From: Octopus vulgaris
Lineage: Eukaryota
Assembly: GCA_951406725.2 (NCBI GenBank)
Contig: OX597823.1
Coordinates: 57,908,001 to 57,972,000 of the forward strand
Length of the DNA: 64,000 bases
Reading direction: 5' to 3'
The first letter of the stretch is position 1; each line of letters begins with the position of its first letter. The notes under the pieces are model-generated. The model saw nothing but the letters and a program-made list of their open reading frames with translations. It was not told where the DNA came from and did no database searches. Positions 26,925 to 40,380 of this stretch are shown here, one piece after another. A program made the position numbers and the translations under genes.

Positions 26925-27765
26925 AGCCCCTTTCGTCTATGTAGACGGTCGGTCAATTTAGCTTAATCGAACATATCAGGGGCTCCCCTTCTTGCAGCTT
27001 CTTTCATGGCTGCTTCTTCCTATGACTGACGCGCAGCCTCTGTCACCGTACTTGCATACCAAGAGGCTGGCTCGGCGCTCTGTATTTCTGTTGTTTTCCT
27101 TTCGCCGCTGACACTTCTCAACTTGTTTGTTTCTGTAGTTGCTCTCCAGCGAAACAGTTCCTTCCTTCACCGCAGTTCTCTATGTTGTTCTGTCCTCAAC
27201 TCTCTCTTGCCAGCTGTTGACATCCATCTGACATTTGGACAAACTAATTTTGCAATTGTCCTTATACCTCAGTTTTGGTCTTCCTCTTAGTCTCTTGCCC
27301 TGGGCCAGTTTTCCATAGAGCAGTTGCTTCGGGATTCGATAGTCATCCATCCTCCTGACATGCCTCAGCCACCTCAGTCTTCTCATACACAGGATAGCTG
27401 TCATGCTTTGAAGATTTTCCTCACCTGCACTTCAACATTGGTGATCTTGTCGCGCGATGTTAGGCCTCAGATCTTGCATAGTCATCTGAGATGGAAAATA
27501 TCAAGGTACCTTTCCTGTCTGCTGTACAAGGGTCATGTTTCAGATCAATAGAGGAGTGTGCTGAGAACACATGCTTCATAAATCCTAATTTTCTTGATGT
27601 CTAATCTCTTGTTCTTCCATACTCGTTTTGTCAGCCTTCCAAAAGTTGTTGCTGCCTTCCCTATCCTGACGTTAATCTCATCATCAAGTGAAGTAGTAGA
27701 ACAAAAGGTAGAGTCTATATAGCAGAACCTGTCCACTGTCTCAAGCTCTTTGTCATCAAGTATAT
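26925..27765 (-). mobile_element. RTE-clade LINE 3' fragment (RT C-terminus and 3' zinc finger), pseudogenised
   Basis: ORFs 27545-27736 DRFCYIDST..SLDDEINVRIGKAATTFGRLTKRVW..IYEACVLSTLLY; 27180-27404 RRLRWLRHVRRMDDYRIPKQLLYGKL..GRPKLRYKD; 26976-27170 CKYGDRGCASVIGRSSHERSC. Confidence 0.92.
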
Positions 27766-27875
27766 ATGCATGATGAAATATATATATATATATAAATTAG
27801 AAAAAACCCCACCTTTTATCAATTCAACAATGAAAATATTTTATTATACCATAGAGAAAAAAATTACATTCTATA

Positions 27876-27925
<50 letters not shown>

Positions 27926-28149
27926 CATACATACAAACACACACACATATATATATATATACAGAGAAAGAGAGGTAGAGAGGGTGAGAGAGATACAGAA
28001 AGAACGAGAGCTGGAAAAAGCGAAAGAAAGCTAACTTATCGCTGTGAGACTATGGATCACATTTATTTACACAGTCCTGACTGCAGGTATTCCAGAATAA
28101 ATTTTGATAGTCCTGGTGCAGAGGATTTTGTTTTTGTTTGTTTCTTTTT

Positions 28150-29950
28150 TTTTTTGCTTGTTGTTTCAACCAATTTGACCCTACAGCCCTTCCTCTATAT
28201 CAATTTCGCTATTGTTTGCAATTATTCACTTTGTTCCGACGTACATGCAGGCCATCACTTTATTAAGCTATTATTTCATAATTACATGTGCATAACGAAA
28301 ATTTCTCTGATCCCAGTGACAGCTCAACTCATTGTTGAGTACTGCTTTGATGACACACTCTTGTACACTAGATACAGATCACGTTTCCTTCCCAAGGCAA
28401 CAGCAATTCCATCAGCATATACTCCAGGCGCATATGTGTGTCTCTGGCCTTCTACCGAGAGGTTTACTCTTATAAAAAAAAATGTCTATAAAACATAGCT
28501 TATACATCTTTTGCAGATGCCGACGCAACAGTGTGTTAGACAAACCGAATGTAACACAGGTTAGGGCTTTTTCTTGGTAAACCTGCATTTTGTTGACAGT
28601 CCGATGATAATTTATAACCACAATTAATTACTGATAATTCTGAGAGCATCTGCAGACAACAGTCCATGGTGATTCTCCACTCCACGCAAGCTACACTCGT
28701 CAGAAATTGTGCTTCGCAAATATGTGAACGTTTTCCCTACATTCAAAGCTGATTTGCAAACGGGAACATCGGAGGTGCGTGCTTCCAGCATTCCTGGGTT
28801 TGATGTTTGTAGAATACTTCATTTCTTTTCACATTTACTGTTAAACTGATAGCTGATACTGTACATTCGAACCGGTGTTTAATTTTTCTGATATATTTTG
28901 TGTCTGAGTCATCAGAGTAGAGACATTAGCGTAAATAATTTCATAAATACATATTCCAGGTGTATGACAGGAAGCTTGCTTCCCAACATTATGGTTAAGA
29001 ATTCACTCTCAGTGCATGGCACTTCGGACAAGTGTATTCTGCTATAGCCTCGGGCCGAACCATGCCTTGTCAGAGTATATGGTAGACGGAGACTGAAAGA
29101 AGCTTGCCGTATGTATGTATGTCATTGTTCAGTTTTATTTCAAGCACTGTATGCTAGAATGTATGTGTGTTTGTACGTATGCATGTATGCATATATGTTA
29201 GTGTGTGTGTATGTGTGCGAGTGTGTGTGAGCGTAAGGTAATATTTATCTCCCACTTAAAGTGGATGTTGTGTGAGAACATTGAAATACTGCATTATTTA
29301 CCATGAGAGATACTCTGGTTCATAAAAGCACTCCTGTTTATATCGTTGATGGACACTAACGGTCTGCTACAGCGCCGTTGTTACGTACCCATAACTTAGC
29401 GGTCCGGTAAAAAGAAAACGATGGAATAACTGTCTTAAAAAAATTAACAAAAGTAAGTACTGGGAGCGACTTGTTAGACCAAACACTCTAAGGTGATGGT
29501 GCCCCGGCATGGCAACAGTTTAAGGATTGAAGCAATTAAAAGGCAAAAGACGTTGCAACAATTTCTGGTGGGATTTTAATGCGGATATTTTCTGCAACTC
29601 ACTATTTACTGTTGTGGGTACATACACACAACCTCTGAGTTCGCCGGCCATCTTTTGAAGCATAACAAATTACATTAAAATGAGTTCATAGTCCCGTTTA
29701 ACTGCACGAGTGAAAGGAAAGGCGCCGTCGTGAAATTTCTCGAAAATGCGGTCAAATTTATGTAGGGATCTTTATCTTCTGAGCAAGTTCTATGAGCCAC
29801 CTCTTTCTACATTGTCGGAAGCCCTTATAAAGTAAAAGCACACAATTAAAACTGGGACGTGTTGGTTTATAGGCTTTTCTTGGATTAGTCGGAGAATGAA
29901 ATTCATATCTTTGGCGATCCTCGAGAAGCGGGCAACCACTTTCATATTGA
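28150..29950 (-). mobile_element. Older RTE-clade LINE RT remnant, interrupted by a SINE
   Basis: Minus strand near 29.9-29.7 kb KDMNFILRLIQEKPINQHVPVLIVCFYFIRASDNVERGG..FDRIFEKFHDG; near 28.9 kb IYEIIYANV (YADD-like); near 28.7 kb FTYLRSTIS. Confidence 0.75.
28955..29550 (+). mobile_element. SINE family B, diverged
   Basis: GGAAGCTTGCTTCCCAAC..CTATAGCCTCGGGCCGA..GGTAGACGGA.ACTGAAAGAAGC; TAACTTAGCGGT.CGG..CATGGC.. Confidence 0.75.
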
Positions 29951-31396
29951 GTTCAGTATGAATCGACTAACTACGTATAAGTATACGACAAATAATTATC
30001 ACAAAAATGCTACAAAAATTGTAGTACAACCTATTCGGTGAATTTCTGGAAACAGCTAAACTTTATCATTCATATTCTCTCACATATTTTCATTTTCTTT
30101 TCTCAAATCTCTTTTCTGTACTTTCTCTCCATGTTTTCTCATTCCTTCTCCACCTCTCTCATTCTCTCTCTCTCTCTCTTCCTTTGTCTGTCTGTCTGTT
30201 TGTATATCTATCTATATGCCTGTCTGTCTTTCTCTCTACCTATCTATTGATCGATCGATCTATCCATTTATCCATCAATTTATCTACTTATCTATTTCTA
30301 TTTTTCAGTCCCACTATATCTTTTTCCTTTGAATTCTCTATCTATCATTTAATTGATTTGCTTATTTTCTGCGTGTATACCTTTCCCGCGCTCTCTGTTT
30401 GAGTCTCTATCTCGCTGTCTCATATTTGCTTGCTCTAACTATCAAATAGAGCTATTTATATATCTATTTGTCAATCGTTCCTTTGTCTGTCTCTTATACT
30501 TACTGCGAATACACTCTACCCTTCATCACTTTCTTGAATCCTTTCGCAAACAATATACTCTAGACTTCCGACTTTAAAATAGATCTGGCTCACGAAAAGA
30601 CAGTCGCTTGAAGAAAAAAGAACAATTTTCAAATTATATTTTATCATTTCTCATTTGCTTACACAATATTTTCAGTTCTCTTTCTGAAATAAAAGTGCAA
30701 ACTAAGAGTCCATATAAACATCTAATCCTTCACTTTTTATCTCATTATCTCCATGGGTTAAATTCATCCTTAAACCTTTGACAATAATTTCAAAGCACTA
30801 ACCTCATTTGTATATCCTGTCATAGCCAATTTATCTCTGATTCGAATATATGGGAAGACAACGGAATATTATATTTATTCTTGAAAGGTTAAAATATTTC
30901 AGATAAACTGTAAAATATGAACGATATTTCCACCTTATTTTTCTATAAAGTTAACATATATATTTATATTTCATTCGTCGTATAAACTTTCTTACTATTT
31001 TCTCTTATAGTTTCTATACTTCTCTAGCTTTCATTATTCATTATTTTTGGTCTTGTGTAACTAACTTATATTTATATTTATGGCACGGCAATAACAATGA
31101 AAGAGTTTCTTTTCTCTTTTTTTTTCTGATAAGGAGAACAAAGCAAAAAGCAAGATGAAATTTGAACAAGCAAACCAACTTCGTTAATTTACGATATATT
31201 TTCGTTCCAATACGCCATGTAAGTAACAGACAGTCTAAAAGTACAATGGTTTTGGAAACTTTTGTTTCAAAATATTCCCTAAGGTATCAACAGTTGTCAA
31301 TTTTACATCGTTTAGGTATCCCACGTAATAAATATATATGTACACACGTACACAATCATCTTATAACTACATGCATATATATATATATATACACAC

Positions 31397-31595
<199 letters not shown>

Positions 31596-31791
31596 TATGT
31601 GCATTATACACGCATGTTATTTATTGTTTCCTTACCAATTATCCAACATGTTTCAACAATCGTATCCTCAGAGGAAAAGTGTTTCGACAGTAACTTCTTT
31701 TAAGTGTGGATTTTTCAAGTTATTTGATCCTTCTCTCTCTCTCCCCCTCACCCGCGCTCTCATTCTCTCTCACTCTCTATCTATCACTCTG

Positions 31792-31856
<65 letters not shown>

Positions 31857-31951
31857 ATATCTATCTCTATAGAAAGTTTGGTAGATAGATATTTCATACA
31901 GACATAACATTTGCTGATACATATTTATGCATATGCATGTATGTATATGAA

Positions 31952-31985
<34 letters not shown>

Positions 31986-31998
31986 CAGTGTACATATG

Positions 31999-32222
31999 AA
32001 CACATAAGAGATGGCCATAATAGGACATCTTACCTGCTAGAAGGAGTAGTTAAAACCCAAACCACTATTAGGGGTAATTTCGAAAGGGATTGAAAAATTA
32101 AAACATTTACCATCTATTTCCTGGACTATGGCTTCACGATATCTTCAGCAAATAAATTATTTGCAAATTATTTGCAAATAATCTTATTATTATCATCCTA
32201 TTATGGCCATCTCTTATGTGTT
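31999..32222. repeat. 224-bp unit bounded by perfect 27-bp inverted repeats
   Basis: AACACATAAGAGATGGCCATAATAGGA (31999-32025) and TCCTATTATGGCCATCTCTTATGTGTT (32196-32222). Confidence 0.9.
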
Positions 32223-32331
32223 TAAATTTATAATAAATAATATATAGTCTATTATAATAAATAATATATAGTCTATTGACCACTGGTGGTAAAAAAAAAA
32301 TTCTAATAAATTTTTACTACTCTAAAATATA

Positions 32332-32375
<44 letters not shown>

Positions 32376-32389
32376 CGTGTGTACTACAC

Positions 32390-32673
32390 AATCAGAAAGA
32401 ACCCAGTCGTGGCTGTCAGACAATTTCTGCGACTACATCACCCCTAACATCTTGCCACCTAACTCCCCAAACTGCGATCCCCTTAGTTATTATCTGTGGG
32501 ATGCAGTTGAGCAAGAGACACACTATAACTTGGCGATTAATTGAATGTATTTAATCTTTATAGTATTTCAAGATATTTTTATTTAATTTCGGTAAATATA
32601 TGTGTTAAAATAACGTCAGTGTTATCTTCATTTTTGCGAAATTTAGGCTACAGTTTATTCACCGAACCCTGTA
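32390..32673 (+). mobile_element. Tc1/mariner-superfamily 3' fragment
   Basis: RTQSWLSDNFCDYITPNILPPNSPNCDPLSYYLWDAVEQET (cf. WPPNSPDLNPLDYY.W); ends ACCCTG|TA. Confidence 0.8.
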
Positions 32674-32740
32674 TATATGTATATATATGTTTGTGTGTGT
32701 GTAAGTGTGTGTGTATGTGTGTATATATATATGTATATAA

Positions 32741-32783
<43 letters not shown>

Positions 32784-32804
32784 TAATATACATACATGCA
32801 TTTA

Positions 32805-34061
32805 CAGTGGTTGGACAAGATAATGGCAACACCTAGCATCATAGCATCATAAATCTGAAATATCTATAAAACCGTTAAAAGCTTGTTCAATTTTTCTGTT
32901 TTCTTATTTATTATTAGTGTTACTTAATATGTTTTGCTAAAATTGCTGTTTCTTTTCAGATATCAAGAAAAGATAATTAAATTCATTAAAATGACAGATC
33001 TATCGGACTTTTAAAGAGGTTAAATTGTTGGTGCTCGTATGGCAGGCGCTAGCGTAACGAAAACAGCCGAAATGCTCAGTGTATCAAGAAGTACTGACCG
33101 CCTTTGAGAAAGGGGGAAAAAAACCCTCGTCGAAACAAATCTCCTGAATAAAACCCAAACTTTCAGATAGGGACTGTCGGACTCTTACGAGAAATGTTAG
33201 AGAGGATCGCAAAATTACAGCTCCCAAAATTACTGCAGAACTTAATGACAACCTCGAGAACCCAGTTTCCACAAAAACTGTTCGCGAGGAGCTGCACAAA
33301 GCCGGATTTCACAGGAGGACTGCAATCTGAAAACCATTACTTTCAATAAAAAAATTTGCAAAGCGTTTAGAGTGGAGAAAAAACCCTACAGAATTGGTCC
33401 CTGGAGCAGTGCAACAATGTTATTCTCTGGGTGGAGTCATCCTTTACCTTATTTCCGACCACCGGCCGAGTATACATGTGGAGACGGTCAACAGAAGCAT
33501 CTGACCCAGACTACCTTCTTCCATCTGTTAAACATGGAGGAGAATCTGTGATAATCTGGGGTGCTATATCTTGGAAATCCGCCGGCCCAATGATTTCCCT
33601 CCATGGCAGAATTAATAGTCAAAATTACTTAAGGATTTTATCTGATCAAGTTCATTCTATGGCAGTGGAACTGTTTCTGGAAAGAAACGTAATCTTTCAG
33701 GATGATAATGCACCAATTTACACAGCTAGAGTTGTTACTGAGTGGCATGTGATAATTCTAGTGAAGCTGAAAATCTTATCTGGCCACCACAGTCCCCACA
33801 CCTCAATATTATTGAACATTTATAGTGCATTGTAGAAAAACAAGTAATACATCGATATCCTCCACCATCATCACTACAAGAACTGGAAACTGTTTTAGCT
33901 GAAGAATGGACAAAAATTCCTTTGGAAACAATTCAAACTTTGTATGAGACCATACCTCGTATAGTTCAAGCTGTAATTACTGCCAAAGGCGGTCCTACCC
34001 TACATAAAAATAAATTTGTCTGAAATTCTAAGGTGTTTCCATTATTTTGTCCAACTCAGTG
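32805..34061 (+). mobile_element. Full-length Tc1-like transposon (DD34E type), transposase pseudogenised
   Basis: About 30-bp TIRs CAGTGGTTGGACAAGATAATGGCAACACCT / AGGTGTTTCCATTATTTTGTCCAACTCAGTG. Transposase from ATG 32991: MTDLSDF*RG*IVGARMAGASVTKTA..VKHGGESVIIWGAIS..FQDDNAPIYTA..WPPQSPHLNIIEH; stops and frameshifts. Confidence 0.95.
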
Positions 34062-34899
34062 ACTATAGGTATATATGCGCACACAAATCTCTCACGCACA
34101 GAGGCAAGCACGCACACACACACACACACACACATTTCACTTAGCTTTGAAGTATACTATTTTTAAAATACTAAACATCCTTTAAAAGGCATTCCTTAGA
34201 GGGAATACTGCAGCTAGAACAGTTTAACAATACATATGCAGTAAAATAAGTGATATTGATAATGTTTACATTACTGACCTGCTTCTAAAGCAAAATTTGA
34301 ATTTTTTTTTCCTATTTGTGCGGCTCTCTTGCACATCAGTAAATAGATTTTACATTATTTGTATATACTTCTACCTGGCTTTTGCAAATATGCTTCGGAA
34401 GTGGAGCAAGTACACGACACCGAGCAGCAGCAGGAATTGCGAATATCAATATCTAATTTTTCCGCTTACTTTTGGGGTATTTACTTTCGCCTATGTTTGA
34501 CTACACTGATTTGTAACACATACATCTTGAAAGGGACTTCCTGTACGCGAAATACGGTAGCTACAGGCGTTTAACAACATGCACACACATGTATGTATGT
34601 ATGTATGTATGTATGTATGTATGTATGTATGTATGTATGCATATATCACACGTGCTGCTTGTATATATGTGTATGCGTAGGAGTTTATGTACTTTTATTT
34701 GTATATAAGGGAAAGCATATTTAATCACACAATGGTGTACTTCTTTAAACATTCTTTTCTGTTTATTTTAAACTATAAACACAACTATCATCAACGCCTC
34801 ACATCTACAGAGATACAGAAAAAAACATTTTTTTCATTGAAGATCAGATCTTGCATAGAATAACATTCACGAGATCATGTGACAATTGGAAATGGTACC

Positions 34900-35483
34900 T
34901 AATATTTCACGGGATAAAGGAATGGGATTTCGTCAGAATCAGAGTATATGTGATCATATTTGTTATTTAGTCAGCGAAAGGTCATTGACATCAATGAAAT
35001 GAATATAGTTGGTGTGTTTGACTTCTCATCTCCAATGAAAATGTTTCAAATTTCTAATAATTAATGGTGATATTCTGGCTGCTAAGTCCATGAGTAAAGT
35101 TTTAATGACAAACGTACTTCAGCACATTATGGAAGATATTGAAAGTAAAGCTGTTATTTGTTGTCAAATTGATTATACGTCAACATTTTCGCAGGATCAG
35201 TACTTGCAGCAACATTTTGGACCTCATACTCGATACTTGAAGGGGTCTGCAAATTATAGATAAAGACTAACAAGACATTAAACACCACTGTGACGTACAC
35301 ATCAATAGATAAACTGAGCCAGATTTATGCTAAACGTAGAGATGAAAACAGATGGCTTGTGTCAATATAAATGGCGTCTGGATGTCTCGTCGTACAACAG
35401 TGAGGACATTTAGTAAAGTATTAAATGAGAAATGAGTTCATCAAATGTATATATATATATATATAAATGAGATATGAGTTCAT

Positions 35484-35525
<42 letters not shown>

Positions 35526-36200
35526 ATTGAAAATCATAATATCTTGAAATTAATTAAGAATTCCTCAATAGATACACTGAATCGGCATTTGTCAAATTTG
35601 CCCTAAGGCATCTGATATAAAAATGGAGGGAAAATATTAGTCGTATTAGATAAAGGCAATTATACGGATAAACAAATTAGATATATTACATATAACAGTT
35701 TGGCTATGAAATATGTTTATGTGTATACATGCATAACGAGAGAAAGCAAAATGTGGAGATTATCTGACGATAAATATTTAAGTATAAATATATATAGATA
35801 TTTACATTAATAGATCCATCTTACTAGGAGTATATTAGTGTGGCAGTAGAATACCCCTATTGGTTGGCTTCTAATGGACTGTGCCACAATATAAATGGAC
35901 ATACGCAGAGAGTGTAAGGGAGCCATGAGCCGTGTAAAGCCGAGGGTTGCGTACTGTCGAGGGTTATTACCAGTATCTTGAGTAGAAGAATTTGCGAGAT
36001 CATTATTATTATCCCGTTATATCTTACGTCGAACGTGCGATACAACAGAGTACAAACGACAGAGAAAAATAAAGGTGAGGAAGAAAGGTGTTATAAGCCC
36101 AATAGCTCTTTCTGGGGAGTCGTAAATCCATCATAATGTTGCTAAATGTAGTTCATCACAAAATGAGGCCATAATGGAAGCAATCAACATTGGATAAGAC
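34900..36200 (+). mobile_element. Very degraded LINE remnant (I/Jockey-like), interrupted
   Basis: GFRQNQSICDHICYLVSE near 34925; GSVLAATF near 35195 (PQGSVLSPTLF-like); GSRKSIIMLLNVVHHK near 36115 (cf. GSARKSYLKMLDPVHH). Confidence 0.45.
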
Positions 36201-36494
36201 GAGCCTCCGTCATCAGGGTAGAAAAGATCTTACATTTCAGATTTTCATGTAGAAAAGTTCAAAAGATGGAATGATTAAAGGTTGAGAGCTAGCTGTATTA
36301 AACTGTCAGGAAGATAAACCTGTTCTAGGTACCTTATACGCTACATAGATGAATATTCGTTAACGAACCCGACTAAATACTTAAACAATAAACGGAGTAA
36401 GAATGTCTCCTAGCCACCAGTGTGATAGAAAGATCGAAGGAGCCGTACTAATATGAGGAAGTTGTCACTCACTCTATCAGTACAAACGGGTTAA

Positions 36495-36837
36495 CGATAA
36501 TTCAGCGCCTGACAATTCAACGCCGACTGTTCAGCTCTAGATAAATCAGTGTATAGACAATTCAGCGCATTTAAAATATGTAACTTATTATTACCTTATA
36601 TTGGGGTTGGTTGTATATCTAAAACAAACGCCCATCCAACCTATAAACACAGCAGTCATAGAATAGATGAACTTTATATAAACAAACAGCATGTATATAC
36701 ATCATATTTTTAAACAAATGATTGAAATGTTCCCTCTCTTTCTCACCCCCAAAATAACCTTTACCTAAGTTCAATAAGATGCCCTACACTGCATTTTCTA
36801 TGCGCTGAATTGTCGGCGCTGTTTGGTTGCGTCACGG
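36495..36837. mobile_element. Small non-autonomous DNA element with repeated subterminal GACAATTCAGCGC motifs
   Basis: About five GA(C/T)AATTCAGCGC-like copies at 36497-36570, and the inverted GCGCTGAATTGTC near 36802. Confidence 0.65.
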
Positions 36838-37338
36838 CACAAAACACATGTCCTCATGAAATTTGGCATCGTTGCCAAAATTATTAAAAATGCTATTGAT
36901 AGGAAGAGGCCATGCTTTTAAAACTAACTTATTTAAGAATCCGTGAGAGAATTTTAGTGTAATTGTTGGGCATTTTTGTGTTTGTTGTGTGTGTATCTGT
37001 ATGTGTGCGTGTCGTATGCATATGTGTTAGTGTGTGCATATGTATATGCATATATGTATAAATGCACGAGTGTACGTGTGTGAGCGCGTATGTGTGAATG
37101 GGTGAAGAGATGGAATGTGGGGAGAGAGGGGTGATGATTAATTTTAGGAATGGTTTAACCACCTTGCTGAAAAATCAGTAGTAATTCTAGCTAACAAACA
37201 GACTACTCTTAAAAGTGACCACCACACCGCTCTACCCAATTCCTACCTCACTACACATACGCTCGCACTAGCGCGCGCGCGTGCACACGCACACACACAC
37301 CTACACACACTCACATCTGTCTAGTAGAGGAAAACAGA

Positions 37339-37364
37339 ACTCACCTACAAGAGAAAAAATAGAG
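37339..37364 (-). promoter_or_regulatory. Juxtaposed 3' acceptor and 5' donor motif (candidate recursive splice site)
   Basis: Minus strand CTCTATTTTTTCTCTTGTAG|GTGAGT, in non-repetitive sequence. Confidence 0.4.
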
Positions 37365-37784
37365 CTCTTTTTGCGTGAAAAAAAAAAACGATATTGCAAG
37401 TGAGAGGTGTTAAGAGTCTCAATCATTTCTCGTTAATTCATTCATCTTATTAATTGAATCAGTCCGCGCCGACGCATTAATCGTTTAATCTGGTTATTCT
37501 TAAATCAATATCTTTTTTCAAATCCATCCGGCTATCTATCAATCCATTCACACATTCATTAATGTGATCTGTGCCATTCAAGCATGGATTATGTCAAAGT
37601 CCCATCAAACGAGTAATCCATCAAACTATTCATTCTAGCAATCTCATCGTGTTACTCAGTAATCTCTAATAAATAATGAACATTGCTTCTTCTTTATAAC
37701 TCGACTGTTATAGAATGTTTGTATTGGGAATCTCATGCAATCGTTGTCGTTCCTACTTTCACTTTCACTTTGTATGTCTGTCTC

Positions 37785-37827
<43 letters not shown>

Positions 37828-38175
37828 AACATACAAATATATGCGTATAAATTTAACTTCTATTATTGTATTGCTTGTACATTTAAAAGTATCATCACTA
37901 TATCATAAAGCAATGTGCGCTGTATTTGTATGATATACTGTGACATGGTGCTGGCTTGGCAAGACTGAAAGAAAGACAAGAGCGCAGACGCACAGGCACA
38001 GGTGCGCGCGAACGCATATCGCATGAGTCTTGTTTGATTAGTTTTGTTTTACTTTTTCATTCTTATTTTTACGTTAGAGATGTTCATCTGAGAGTGTGCA
38101 AATAGGAAAGTTTGGGATCGATGCGTGTACGTGGTGTGTGTGCGCGTGAGTGTGATTATCTATCTATCTATTTAA

Positions 38176-38318
<143 letters not shown>

Positions 38319-38365
38319 TAAATATATATATATATATATGCATATATATGTATATATATATATGC

Positions 38366-38397
<32 letters not shown>

Positions 38398-40380
38398 TTA
38401 GTTTAGTTGAAATATGTTTCTCACATATTTCAACTGCTAAAGGCAAATACAGGGCAGTTACCGTGGAGAAAAAAAATCTGTCTTAATGTAGAAAGGTGTG
38501 AGAACACCCCTTTCGTTCAGTGTCGTCCTGTCTCGGAAATCTGAGACATCGATGTTTTGAGTTTATTGACTCTTGTCGATCAGATATGTCTGAGAGGGGA
38601 AACCCTGGACGAACTGACTTAAATTGTGATTATACGTAAACACTGCTTTACTCAAGTTCATCCTCTTTCAGGATAGTAGAGTTTAACTTGAAGGAGTTTT
38701 GAGCATTACTTCCTGCAGCTTGAGGCTTGCATCTTTAGTTTGTAGGACACAATACTATCCTACTATTGGTGTCTGAGTGACCCAGCAATGACCGGTAAAA
38801 TTCGGAGTTGAAGATTTGGAAAGCAAAAGTGAGAATATAAAATAACCGCATAATATATATATGAAGATTATTTTAGTTATACAGGATTGATATCTGTAAA
38901 TAGCTACTGAGCATTACAACCACATTAAGAAAACAAAGAACACTTCTTATATATGGGGACATATAAATGAATAAAACTTATGATGTGTGGTGATAGTCAC
39001 CGGTAAGAGATTATCTAGCTTATCGTAGAAGTAATGTGCTTATATAGTCCTCATATACTAAGAGTTTGAATGCAAATTAGTTATTTCCACCTTTCATTCA
39101 GAATCAACTGCAATAAGTCTTAAGAAATACGATTCAAATATCTCAAAAGTTTATACATAATTCTCCAGAGAATTTTAAAGAAATTCAATCTGTTTATTGC
39201 TAATTGCAACAAAAGTCGATTTGTAGTACAAATCCTGAAGTAATAGTACGTAAGTGTATGATTTTTAAAATTTCTTTTCCCTTTTTAACTAAAGATATTT
39301 TGGTTAAGAAATTAAAACAAACAGAAATGAATACAGAAATGATGATCAAATGTAAGGCAGAGGAAGCTGCTATCGAAAGGTGTGGTTCTAAGCACGATAT
39401 CCCTAGGAAAAACGTATATGCAATGGAGAGGAATTTATTGACGTCTTTAGTATGATGAAGCCCTTTAAAATAGTTCAACTCTTTTGTTAAACAGCAATTG
39501 TTCTGAATCGATGAACCGTAGATATTTAATGACAACATAAAGGAATAATGTCAGCATCAAAATAAATGTTTCACTCCAATTGACAGTTATTTCTTCATCC
39601 AGATTAAGGCGCCATAATAAATACAAACAAATATTAATTTCACGCAGAACCATAACATACAGATTCTGAACAAGTAGCGTTTAATATCAACTATATATAG
39701 TTTCTCATGTCTGCTCTTAATGAGCTGTATCTATCAAGGGTTTATTAGCTATATTACTTTCATGGGAGACATGAATCGAGGGTATATCAGTGACGCGTTT
39801 CCCAGGGAAGTTAGTAATGAGAGTGAAATAAAATGGCTAATCACTAGAGCCATTCCTTTTTTCTTTTTTTTTTATTGTATATTTCCTTGAGAGCTTTCTT
39901 TTCTCTTTGTTCCCACAGCAGGATAGACTTGAAAAATAAATATATGAAACCCGCGACATTTTACTGGAATGTACCGACAACAAAACAAACCGAATCTTGC
40001 GTTAAATGGAACCAATCAATATAATTCTGTATTTACTTCATCAATCCGAGAGAGATGAAAAGTAAAGTCGATTATCGTGAGGGTTGAACCAAGCAGAGAA
40101 TCTTAATTACAGTCAAGCATCAAACTGTAGGCACACGCCTTAAAACAAACAATCTCAGACTAACCCACAACCATTATCATGCCTGATGGTCAGTTATCAC
40201 GGTTATTTGCAAGCAAATCTTCAACGTACGGAGAAAATCAATGAGTCAGAGTTTCTTCTCTGAATATTCGTGGGAAGAGATGAAGTTAGAACTACGATCA
40301 CATACACACAAAATCGCCAATGAAATTTTGCTAATTATTGATGTTATTGCTGTTTAGCTGTGTCATCTCTGATTGAACAG

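Noticed and set aside
31640-31678. CUGAGGA..GAAACAUGUU on the minus strand
   Set aside because: Only 2-bp stems I and II; compatible with chance.
34359-34574. ORF containing EQQQELR
   Set aside because: Short, no recognisable domain, no convincing splice sites.
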